A stretch of 64,000 bases of DNA, taken from positions 141,602-205,601 of the forward strand of contig JAXMHR010000010.1 in the NCBI GenBank assembly GCA_046346705.1. Reading direction: 5' to 3'. The translations under genes were made by a program, and so were the position numbers. Shown here in pieces: positions 19,254-27,873 of this stretch. Under the pieces are notes generated by a model. That model did no database searches. It saw only the letters and a list, made by a program, of their open reading frames with translations, and was not told the DNA's origin. Position 1 is the first letter of the stretch. Each line of letters opens with the position of its first letter. Source of the stretch: Verrucomicrobiota bacterium. GTDB lineage: Bacteria; Verrucomicrobiota; Verrucomicrobiia; Limisphaerales; UBA9464.

Positions 19254-20621
19254 TCACGCTGCAGATCGCCACTTCCAAATGAGGATTCGTCGGAGTCTGG
19301 GACCAATCTTGAAGGCTTCGCCGGGAGGAAACCCTTCGACCCAGAAGATCTCCCCGGCGCGAGTGGCAGCCACCGTGAGATCCCGGCGCCGTTCGCGCGG
19401 GATTTTTCGGTTGGTGAAGAGATCCTGAAGTTTTACGGGCTTGGACATCCCCAACGGCCGAAACCGATCCCCGGGAGCCCAGTGGCGCAAAACGATGGTT
19501 TCCCTCACCTTGGACGCCGCAAAACACTCACGCCCCGGCGAAAATCTGGGCGATGCGCGCCCGATGTTCCGATACGAGTATTCGATCCGGAGTCCGTCGA
19601 AATGGATCCAGCCTCCGGAGGACTCGAGGCGAATCTCGCGACCTTCGCCCCGGAATGAGGGAAGAGGAGTTGCGTCGACCTTCCTGAGAATACCGTCCGG
19701 ATGCCGGACGATCCGAACTCCCGGGGCAATTTCCTGAACGCGGTTGGACTCGCGAAGCGATTCGATGCGTTCATAACCGGGTTCCTGCCCAAACTTCCAC
19801 AACTGGATCCGAAGAAGGGCGCGTTGCACGGCGGGATGGAGGCTGTCAAACGGATCCCGGCGCCTCGAGGCGAGCCACCCCGCGGCCGTCCGTGAAATAA
19901 AATCGGACTCGGCGCCCACGATGGACGCCGTACGCCGGAGAAGGATTCGGATGGCGGGGGCATACTCGCGCTCCAATCGGGGAAGCAGTTGATGTCGGAT
20001 CCGGTTCCGAAGCATGCGCGGATCGCGATTGCTGCGGTCCTCGCGGAACGGCAATCCCGCCGCTCGTGCAGCGTTCCGCAATTGTTCCTTCGACAGGTCC
20101 AACAGCGGCCGGATGAGACTGATCCTCGGATTCGCTGGCGACGGATCCTGCCACGACATGCCGCCAAGCCCCTCCCCTCCGGCCCCCCTCAGCAATCGAA
20201 GCAGAACGAGTTCCGCCTGATCGTCCGCATGGTGGGCCACTGCAACGGTCGAAATCCCATGGCGAAGGGCGGTCCTCGCAAGAAATTCGTGTCTCAGTCG
20301 CCGGGCGGACATCTCTAAGGACTCTCCTGTTTCCCTGGACTCGCGACGGACTTCCAGGCGCTCGATGACGAAGGGCCAGCCTAGCGCGATGGACACCTGA
20401 CGCACCAGCGCCTCGTCGGTATCCGCCGCCCGCGGTCGGAGTTGGTGGTGGGCGTGCGCAACAACCAGTTGGAAATCGAGCTTCGGGGAAAGAGTGTGCA
20501 GCAGGTGCAGGAGCACCATGGAATCCACGCCGCCGGAGACCGCCACCAGGATCCGGCGATCCCATGGCACGAGGCCGCGGGACTCCAGAGAGCGGGCCAC
20601 TGAATCCAGGAGGGTGCGCAC
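19254..20621 (-). CDS. tilS: tRNA(Ile)-lysidine synthetase
   Basis: PP-loop 'VAVSGGVDSMVLLHLL', 'VAHAHHQLR', 'IRPLL'. C-terminal substrate-binding domain. Lies directly upstream of ftsH, a conserved arrangement. Confidence 0.85.
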   Translation of the reverse strand: MRTLLDSVARSLESRGLVPWDRRILVAVSGGVDSMVLLHLLHTLSPKLDFQLVVAHAHHQLRPRAADTDEALVRQVSIALGWPFVIERLEVRRESRETGESLEMSARRLRHEFLARTALRHGISTVAVAHHADDQAELVLLRLLRGAGGEGLGGMSWQDPSPANPRISLIRPLLDLSKEQLRNAARAAGLPFREDRSNRDPRMLRNRIRHQLLPRLEREYAPAIRILLRRTASIVGAESDFISRTAAGWLASRRRDPFDSLHPAVQRALLRIQLWKFGQEPGYERIESLRESNRVQEIAPGVRIVRHPDGILRKVDATPLPSFRGEGREIRLESSGGWIHFDGLRIEYSYRNIGRASPRFSPGRECFAASKVRETIVLRHWAPGDRFRPLGMSKPVKLQDLFTNRKIPRERRRDLTVAATRAGEIFWVEGFPPGEAFKIGPRLRRILIWKWRSAA

Positions 20622-20713
20622 GGAAGCAGTCTACGGATTTTTCCCGTCAAAGGGGAGACGCGAAGCTTGCGCTTGGCGCGGCGCGCGGGGCTCCGTAGCG
20701 TCGCAGTCCGCGA

Positions 20714-22927
20714 ATGAGATTCACCCCGCTGGGACTGTCCATCCTCCTGACCGCGTCCGCGCTCGGCCAGGGACTGATCTCCACGGCGGGCGGCGGGGGG
20801 GAGGTCACGATCCGCGCCGCGGACGGGCAGGGGGACGCGGAACTGGACCTTCAAACCCAGATTGCCACTGCGGCCAATGGTGTGGTGGTGACGTATGGCA
20901 CGGCCACGCTGACGGCGCGCAAGATCCAGCTCGACATGGCGAACACGTCGGTGCTGGCGGAGGGCGACGTCAGCCTGCAGCGCATCGGTCCCGACGGACG
21001 GGCGGTTCTCTGGCGAGGGGAACGCATCCGGTACAACTACGCAAACGAGACCCTGTCGGCGGACGATTTCCGGTTTGGACAGCCGCCCTTCTTTGCGGCG
21101 GGTCACCATCTCGAAGGGGGAAAGACCAATGCGGTCCAGACGGCGGTGGACGCGATCCTCACCACGGATGACGTCGCCGATCCGGATTATCGGATCAAGG
21201 CGCGACGCATCACCATTGGCCAGGACCGGACCATCACCGCCAAGGAAGCGACGGCGGTGGTCGGGGGTGTCCCGGTGATGTATTTTCCCACCTATTCGAG
21301 GACGCTGACGGAACACAAGTTCTTCTGGACCGCGATGCCGGGGTACCGGAGCACGTGGGGCGCGTTCGCGCTTGGCGCGTACCACCAGAACTGGAACACA
21401 AATGTCCAGACGTCGATCGAGCTCGACTACTACTCGAAGCATGGGCCGGGAGTTGGCCCGTCAGTCGAGTACGACCTGGGACGCTGGGGCAAGGGGCAGG
21501 GGACCTTTTACTATGTCCATGACCGCGATCCGGGCGTGGACCAGTTCGGTCAGCCGAATCCGACGAATCGGGAGCGGCTCGCGCTGAGCCACCAGGCAAA
21601 TCCCTGGGAGGACTTCTATGCAACGGGCGCCCTTTGGCAACAGGGAGACCCCGACATCATCCGGGACTTCTTCCAGAATGAGTACCGCCAAAATACGCCA
21701 CAGCCGCTGACGTATTTCGAGGCGGAGAAGCTTTGGAGCAATTTCAGCCTCGGGGTGCTCGTGACGCCCCAGGTCAATTCGTTCCAGCCCGCGGTGGAGC
21801 GCCTCCCGGAGCTGTTTCTCAACGGAGCACGGCAGCAGCTCGGACCGACGCCGCTGTACTACGATTCCCAAAGCTCCATCGGCTACTATCGGTTTTCGAA
21901 CGGGGACTATTCCAATCTGATTTACGAGGCGTTTCGCGCCGATACCTATCACCAATTGACGCTGCCCAAGACCTTCTTCGGGTTCCTGAACGTGATTCCC
22001 CGGGCGGGTGGGCGCTACACGCATTACGGGGAGCCGGAGGGCTTGGAGACCATCACCACGCCCGGGAACCGATGGATCTTTAATACCGGGGGCGAAGTGA
22101 CGTGGAAGGCGTCAGCAACGTGGAAGGGAGTCCAAAGTGACCTCTGGGATCTGAACGGGCTGCGGCATGTCATTCAGCCTTCCTTCAATTACGCGTACAT
22201 CCCGACTCCCAACCTGCTGCCTCGCCAGGTTCCGCAGTTCGACTATCGGGTGCCGTCGTTTGAATTGCGACCCATCGAGTTTCCGGACGACAACTCCATT
22301 GATACGCTGGGCTACCGGAATGTGATCCGCCTTTCGCTGTTGAATCTGCTGGAGACGAAACGTGAGGGGACCATCCAGGATTTCGTCAACTGGCAGCTCT
22401 ACACGGATTGGAATCTCGACAAGCAGGAGTCGTTCGAAACGACATTCAGCGACGTTTACTCGCGGCTGATGTTCCAGCCCAAGACGTGGGTCAGCTTCGG
22501 TTCGCTGGTGCGATTCGATGTTGAGGATGGACGCCTCAACGAATTCGACAATGCGATCCGGTTCACGCCAAACGATGTATGGAGCTGGACCTTCGCGAAT
22601 CGGTACCTGCGCGAGGATCCGAACCTGGCAAACGACGCCAGCAATACGTTCTTTTCAACGATCGGTTACCGGATGAACGAGGACTGGAGCCTTCGCATGA
22701 GCCACCAGTTCGAAGCGGCGACGGGCACCATGCAGGCCCAGTACTACACGCTGGCCAAGGATTTCCGGAGTTGGGTCGGGGCAATCACTGTTCAGATTCT
22801 CGACAACGGTCCCAACGGGATCGACTGGACGGTCGGGGTGGGGTTCCAGCTAAAGGCGTCCCCCAATCCCAGCCAACAGGATCGTACGACCGGACCCAAT
22901 CGATTGCTCGAACCTTGGATCTTCTAG
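20714..22927 (+). CDS. lptD: LPS-assembly outer-membrane protein LptD/OstA-like
   Basis: Signal peptide 'MRFTPLGLSILLTASALGQG'. OstA-like N-terminal beta-jellyroll segment ('ATLTARKIQLDMANTSVLAEGDVSLQ'). 'GGVPVMYFPTY' motif. Long aromatic-rich beta-barrel-like C-terminal part ending in F. Confidence 0.6.
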   Translation: MRFTPLGLSILLTASALGQGLISTAGGGGEVTIRAADGQGDAELDLQTQIATAANGVVVTYGTATLTARKIQLDMANTSVLAEGDVSLQRIGPDGRAVLWRGERIRYNYANETLSADDFRFGQPPFFAAGHHLEGGKTNAVQTAVDAILTTDDVADPDYRIKARRITIGQDRTITAKEATAVVGGVPVMYFPTYSRTLTEHKFFWTAMPGYRSTWGAFALGAYHQNWNTNVQTSIELDYYSKHGPGVGPSVEYDLGRWGKGQGTFYYVHDRDPGVDQFGQPNPTNRERLALSHQANPWEDFYATGALWQQGDPDIIRDFFQNEYRQNTPQPLTYFEAEKLWSNFSLGVLVTPQVNSFQPAVERLPELFLNGARQQLGPTPLYYDSQSSIGYYRFSNGDYSNLIYEAFRADTYHQLTLPKTFFGFLNVIPRAGGRYTHYGEPEGLETITTPGNRWIFNTGGEVTWKASATWKGVQSDLWDLNGLRHVIQPSFNYAYIPTPNLLPRQVPQFDYRVPSFELRPIEFPDDNSIDTLGYRNVIRLSLLNLLETKREGTIQDFVNWQLYTDWNLDKQESFETTFSDVYSRLMFQPKTWVSFGSLVRFDVEDGRLNEFDNAIRFTPNDVWSWTFANRYLREDPNLANDASNTFFSTIGYRMNEDWSLRMSHQFEAATGTMQAQYYTLAKDFRSWVGAITVQILDNGPNGIDWTVGVGFQLKASPNPSQQDRTTGPNRLLEPWIF

Positions 22928-23102
22928 GGCAAGGGATCGTGGGATGTTGGGAACCGGGGTTTCCAAAACTGTGCCGTCAATCCATTCAAATGAGTTCGGA
23001 TAACGCGATCTGAATTAAATATAACAAATATTGTGCTAAGAATTGAGCTCGAATTTCAAACTCGAAGCGATCGCATCCAATTCCAAATCAATGAGTTTCA
23101 GA

Positions 23103-24614
23103 TTATGCCAGCAAGCCCTGAATGACTTCGCCGTGGACGTCCGTCAGCCGACGATCCACGCCGTTGTGACGGAACGTGAGCTTCGTGTGATCGATGCCAA
23201 GAAGGTGCAGCATGGTGGCGTGAATGTCATACACGGTGGTGGGATGATTGCGATCCAGCGGCTTGTAACCCCAGGGATCGCTTTCCCCGCAAACCACGCC
23301 CCCTCGAATACCCCCTCCGGCCAGCCAGTTGGTGAAGCAATACGGGTTGTGATCCCGACCTTTGCCGCCCTGGGAACTGGGCATGCGTCCGAACTCGGTC
23401 GTCCAAAGGATGATCGTATCATCCAGCAGGCCCCGCTGCTTTAGATCCTGGATCAACGCCGACGCTCCCCGGGCAAATCCCCGAGCCAGAGGCCCGTGAT
23501 CGCGCCGGATGTCTTCATGGGAATCCCAGTTTCGCCGCGGGAACCCGTTGTCGTTTCCGGACCAAATCTGGACAAAACGGACTCCGCGCTCCACGAGGCG
23601 CCGGGCGACGATGCATTTGCGCCCAAAACAATCCATTTCCTCCGCCGCATTGATCTCCTTGGGCCAGACCTTGGTGGAGCGGTCAATACCATACAAATCG
23701 AGCAGGTAATCCGGTTCCTTCGAGAGATCGAGAGCCTCCGGAGCCGCCAACTGCATACGGGCGGCGAGTTCATAACTTCGGATCCGGGCCTCCAACCGGG
23801 AGTCTCCGGGTCTGGCCGTCGCGTGGGCCCCGTTCAAACGGTCCATGAGGGCGTGTGCCGCGGCTTCGCTGTCGGGAGTGACGAATTCCCCTCCGAATCC
23901 CGGAAACAGATCCGCAATCGGCGTCTCCCGACCCGGGAAGATCATGGTTCCGGCGTGCTGCCCTGGAAGGAAGGCCGAATCCCAATTCTTGGGTCCATTC
24001 GAGGCGAATCCCCGATGATCCGGAAGCACCACAAAGGCCGGGAGATTCTCGTTCTCGCTTCCCAGACCGTAGCTGACCCAGCACCCCATCCCGGGAAATC
24101 CCGGGAGCTGGAACCCAGTCGATTGAAGATAAGTGGCCTGGCTGTGGATTCCCGTCTTTCCGACCAGATTGTGGACAAAGGCCAGGTCATCCACCACCGG
24201 CGCCAAATCCGCGACGACTTCACTGAGCGCATGTCCGGACTGACCGTATCTCTGGAAGTCCCACACGGGCTTCAGCCAGGGGCCGAGTCCATCCTGAAAA
24301 GCTTCCACGGACTCACCGAAATCACTCTTCTGTCCATCCCGCTTCACCAGTTCCTCTTTGAAATCGAAGAGGTCCAAATGACTGGCTGCTCCCGCCATGA
24401 AAAGCTGAATGACGCGCTTGGCCCGCGGGACATGGTGCCGACGGCGGACAAGGGCAGGGTCCCCTGCCCCATCGTTCGTTGCGCCCAAGAGTCCTTCCTG
24501 CTGAAGAAGACTGGACAGCGCCAGTCCCCCCAATCCGCCACCGGATCGCCAGAGAAATTCACGCCGTGAGCCCGGACTCTCCGGAACTCGATTGCGATGA
24601 AAGGGGGATTTCAT
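23103..24614 (-). CDS. DUF1501 domain protein with Tat-type leader
   Basis: 'SRREFLWRSGGGLGGLALSSLL', 'LFMAGAASHLDLFDFK', 'NWDSHEDI', 'TEFGRMPSSQGGKGRDHNP'. Confidence 0.85.
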   Translation of the reverse strand: MKSPFHRNRVPESPGSRREFLWRSGGGLGGLALSSLLQQEGLLGATNDGAGDPALVRRRHHVPRAKRVIQLFMAGAASHLDLFDFKEELVKRDGQKSDFGESVEAFQDGLGPWLKPVWDFQRYGQSGHALSEVVADLAPVVDDLAFVHNLVGKTGIHSQATYLQSTGFQLPGFPGMGCWVSYGLGSENENLPAFVVLPDHRGFASNGPKNWDSAFLPGQHAGTMIFPGRETPIADLFPGFGGEFVTPDSEAAAHALMDRLNGAHATARPGDSRLEARIRSYELAARMQLAAPEALDLSKEPDYLLDLYGIDRSTKVWPKEINAAEEMDCFGRKCIVARRLVERGVRFVQIWSGNDNGFPRRNWDSHEDIRRDHGPLARGFARGASALIQDLKQRGLLDDTIILWTTEFGRMPSSQGGKGRDHNPYCFTNWLAGGGIRGGVVCGESDPWGYKPLDRNHPTTVYDIHATMLHLLGIDHTKLTFRHNGVDRRLTDVHGEVIQGLLA

Positions 24615-24623
24615 GATCCAGGT

Positions 24624-27311
24624 TCAGTCCACAAAGGAGAATTCATTCAGGTTGAACAGAACCCGGCAGCAGTTGGTCATGCCGAACCGGGAGGCATATT
24701 CCAAAAGCGCCGCCTGCTCCGATGGCAGCGGATCCCGGCCCAAAATGTTACGGTGGGCGAGCAACACCTGCGCCGGGAGGTCCTTGCCCTCCGATGCAAT
24801 TGCGGCTCCGGCCTCACGGGACAACGACAACACGAGGCCATTGTTGAGGACGGCGAGCGCCTGGAGTGGTGAGGTGCTTTCGTTGCGCCGTGCTACCTGC
24901 ATCGAGGGATCGGCGCAATCCAGCGTCGTCAGAAACGGCTGGGGTTGCGACCGGACAATCCACCGGTAAATGGACCGTCGCTGGGATGCAGGGTCCGTGG
25001 GATTGTGCATCCCGTATTCGTAGTGAGGCGAATGCTCCGGCTTTTCCACCACGAAGTCCCGGAAACTCGGACCGCCCATCCGGAGATCCAACCGTCCTAC
25101 GGTCATCAGGAGGGCGTCCCGGACGGCCTCGGCCTCCAGTTTCCTCCGGTTCATCCGCCACCACAGCCGGTTGCCGGCGTCGATCCGGGCGGCCTCCGGG
25201 CGATCCTCACTGCGTTGGCGATAGGTGGCACTCGTCACCAACAGGCGATGCAACCCCTTAAGCGACTGACTGCCGTCCCGGAATTCCGTGGCGAGCCAGT
25301 CCAGCAATTCCGGATGACTGGGTAGGGCTCCCATGCGGCCAAAGTCATTCGGTGTCTCCACGAGGCCCCGGCCAAAATGGTACTGCCAGATGCGGTTGAC
25401 CGCAGAACGCCAAGTAAGTGGATTGCGAGGGTCCGTCAGCCACGCCGCCAGTGCGGCCCTGCGATCGCCTTCCCGATGATCCAGGGACAGCGAAAACTCG
25501 CCTGGCAATCCGGGAATGCACCGGAGGCTTCCTGGACCAACTTCTGCGCCAGGCTTCTGGATGTTGCCCCGGGCGAGAACGCGGATTGTTCTGGGTTTCC
25601 CTCCACTCTTGCCGGTTCCTGCAAAGGCACCGGACCCCGTGTGAACCGAGGCCACGTAGGCGGTGGATTGGGCGGGAAGGCGGGATTCGGACTCCTTGAG
25701 TGCCGCAAGCGTTCTGGAATTCTCCTCGATCTCGATGCGCTCCGACGCCTTGGTGGACGAAGCCAGGAGTTCCGTCCGTTGGCGCTGAAGCGAGAGAACC
25801 TGAAGATCATTCGTCGTCGCGACCCCGGGATACCAGCCGTCGGTAAGATTGACGCGCTGCCAGCGAGTCGGGGCTTCGATCGAATCTAGAGAAACGACGG
25901 CTGCTCCCAGCGCGGCGTTGCGCCCTTCCGAGGTCAACGCGGAGACTTCGGCAAGCGCGAAAATGTAGTCGTCCTGTCTCGGGGCGAGCTTGGTCGCGGT
26001 GATCCGGATGAATCGAACCCGTCGCCCGGCGGTTTCGGCGGCGAAGGGCTTGAGCCCGGGGTTGGCCACGTCTGCCCGGGTCTCGTCGGCGACCACCACC
26101 GGGTTTCGAAACTCGTCTTCTGCGGACACTTCGATGCGGAAGCGGACGGGAAAACCAAATCCTGCTCCGATGCCATTGAAATCATCCCGGCACGGATGCA
26201 GAACGACGTTCGCAAGAGGAACCGGGGCTCCGAGGTCGACCTCCACCCATTTTTCAACATCCGCCTTCTTCTCGATATTGCTGTGATAGCCGTAGGCGTC
26301 TCCCGTTTTCATGGCCGCCTCACGCGAGGCAATGGACTGCTCGAGATTCGTCAGCGTCACCCCGGCCCTGGCCCTGATGGTGCCGTCTAGGGTTTGTTGA
26401 CGTGCCATCAGCAGTTGAACCTGCCCGCGCAGCTCCTTCCGGGTCAGGGCGACCGCAGGATCTGTGTCGTACTTTTGGTCAGCGCGATCCACTGCGGCAA
26501 AGACCGCCTGCAGGCGGTAGTAATCCTCCTGAGAAATCGGGTCGAACTTGTGGTTATGGCATTGGGCACATTGCACCGTCAGGCTGTTGAAGGTCTGGAG
26601 GGTGTTGACCACCATGTCGTCCCGATCGAGGTGACGCGCCACCTGGCCGTCCAATTTGGACTCCGGAACCTCGGCGTGGCCAATCAGGTCCCAAGGGCCG
26701 GCGGAAATAAATCCAAGCGCTTCCACGCCGTCCCGGGTGTCGGGAAACAGGATGTCCCCGGCGATCTGCTCCTGGATGAACCGGGAATAGGGCCGGTCTT
26801 GGTTGAAGGCGCGAATGACATAATCCCGGTACGGCCACGCATTGGGCCGGGGCTGATCCTTGTCGTAGCCGTGAGTCTCGCCGTAATGCACGACATCGAG
26901 CCAGTGCCTTGCCCACCGCTCCCCGTACTGGGGCGAAGCAAGCCAGCAGTCCACGAGGCGCTCATAGGCATTCGGATCGGGGTCCGCAAGAAATGCATCC
27001 ACCTCGGACGCACTCGGTGGCAATCCCCGAAGGTCAAAGCTCAATCGACGGATCAGCGTCCGCCGGTCCGCCTCCTCCGAAGGAAGGATTCCCGCGGCGC
27101 TCAGATCCGCCCTGATGAAAGAGTCCACCGGATTTCGTCCTCCACCGGACGGTTGAGGGATTGCGGGCCGGATAAGCGGCTGGAGCGACCACCACAGATT
27201 TGTGCCCCCCCGAGAATCCGAATTCCCCTGGGACGCCGCCGACAATCCTCCCACCATCAGGATGCAAGTGGCGATTACCGTCAGGACTGAACTATGGACA
27301 ATATTCCGCAT
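24624..27311 (-). CDS. DUF1549/DUF1553 (PSCyt2/PSD1-type) protein with an inserted discoidin-like domain
   Basis: Signal/TM 'MRNIVHSSVLTVIATCILMVGGLSAA'. DUF1549 core 'TVQCAQCHNHKFDPISQEDYY'. DUF1553-like C-terminal half. Lies 9 nt upstream of its DUF1501 partner. The track ATG at 27434 is replaced by the ATG at 27311. Confidence 0.85.
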   Translation of the reverse strand: MRNIVHSSVLTVIATCILMVGGLSAASQGNSDSRGGTNLWWSLQPLIRPAIPQPSGGGRNPVDSFIRADLSAAGILPSEEADRRTLIRRLSFDLRGLPPSASEVDAFLADPDPNAYERLVDCWLASPQYGERWARHWLDVVHYGETHGYDKDQPRPNAWPYRDYVIRAFNQDRPYSRFIQEQIAGDILFPDTRDGVEALGFISAGPWDLIGHAEVPESKLDGQVARHLDRDDMVVNTLQTFNSLTVQCAQCHNHKFDPISQEDYYRLQAVFAAVDRADQKYDTDPAVALTRKELRGQVQLLMARQQTLDGTIRARAGVTLTNLEQSIASREAAMKTGDAYGYHSNIEKKADVEKWVEVDLGAPVPLANVVLHPCRDDFNGIGAGFGFPVRFRIEVSAEDEFRNPVVVADETRADVANPGLKPFAAETAGRRVRFIRITATKLAPRQDDYIFALAEVSALTSEGRNAALGAAVVSLDSIEAPTRWQRVNLTDGWYPGVATTNDLQVLSLQRQRTELLASSTKASERIEIEENSRTLAALKESESRLPAQSTAYVASVHTGSGAFAGTGKSGGKPRTIRVLARGNIQKPGAEVGPGSLRCIPGLPGEFSLSLDHREGDRRAALAAWLTDPRNPLTWRSAVNRIWQYHFGRGLVETPNDFGRMGALPSHPELLDWLATEFRDGSQSLKGLHRLLVTSATYRQRSEDRPEAARIDAGNRLWWRMNRRKLEAEAVRDALLMTVGRLDLRMGGPSFRDFVVEKPEHSPHYEYGMHNPTDPASQRRSIYRWIVRSQPQPFLTTLDCADPSMQVARRNESTSPLQALAVLNNGLVLSLSREAGAAIASEGKDLPAQVLLAHRNILGRDPLPSEQAALLEYASRFGMTNCCRVLFNLNEFSFVD

Positions 27312-27525
27312 GAAACCCGGCCAAGAACCTTTCGGAACGGCGAATCCGGTTTCTCGAGCCCCGCGTTTATGACGTGGAACCGGGCCGGTTTTCGACGGGC
27401 GATGATCCCTAAACAGAACGGGTGCCCCGTCCAATCGGCAAGGACAGAATCATTTTGAACCTCCCGGGACGCCGGTGGGGCTGCGCTTGACCCCTTCGCT
27501 GGGACCCGCTTCCTTCACGGCCGTC

Positions 27526-27780
27526 ATGCCCACCTACGTGTATGAGACCGTTCCCGCGAAGCCCGGACAGGGGGTTCGCCGTTTCGAATTCAAGCAGTCC
27601 ATGAAGGATGAGCCCCTGACCCGGGATCCGGAGACCGGGCTGCCCGTGCGCCGCGTCATTTCGGGCGGTTTTGATCCCATGATGCAGGGGGCGGCCTCGG
27701 AGACTCCCTGCGACAGTGGCGCTTGCCCGATGCCCCCGCCCTCAGGCCACGGCTGCGGCCCAATGTGCGGCTGCGCCTAG
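27526..27780 (+). CDS. FmdB-like small protein lacking the zinc-ribbon cysteines, with a Cys/Gly-rich tail
   Basis: 'MPTYVYETVP....RFEFKQSMKDEPLT.DPETG.PVRRVIS' follows the FmdB family pattern (MPxYxYxCxxCG..FE..Q.M.D.PL..CP.CG..v.R.I). Both CxxC knuckles are replaced. The tail is 'CDSGACPMPPPSGHGCGPMCGCA'. Confidence 0.5.
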   Translation: MPTYVYETVPAKPGQGVRRFEFKQSMKDEPLTRDPETGLPVRRVISGGFDPMMQGAASETPCDSGACPMPPPSGHGCGPMCGCA

Positions 27781-27793
27781 GGCCGAACACCCG

Positions 27794-27845
27794 GCTTCTT
27801 CGATCACCCGCGGATCCAACTTCCTCGGGTGTTTGCTTCTTCGAT
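27794..27845 (+). promoter_or_regulatory. Perfect 11-nt direct repeat GCTTCTTCGAT x2 in the 93-nt gap upstream of the COG0523 gene
   Basis: Copies at 27794-27804 and 27835-27845, with starts 41 nt apart, read directly from the sequence. A regulatory function is only inferred. Confidence 0.3.
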
Positions 27846-27873
27846 TTGACTCAGTTACCTCTCCCGCCCGTTT

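Noticed and set aside
17812-19428. 538-aa ORF on the + strand
   Set aside because: It is entirely antisense to ftsH, whose motifs are unambiguous. The translation is Arg/Gly/Leu-rich with no recognisable motifs. This is a typical shadow ORF of a G+C-rich coding region.
20381-21442. 353-aa ORF on the - strand, plus similar antisense ORFs at 35559-36776, 44579-45625, 46211-46921, 48170-49027 and 56932-58113
   Set aside because: All lie opposite genes with strong family motifs and have low-complexity Arg/Gly/Pro-rich translations. I treat them as non-coding shadows.
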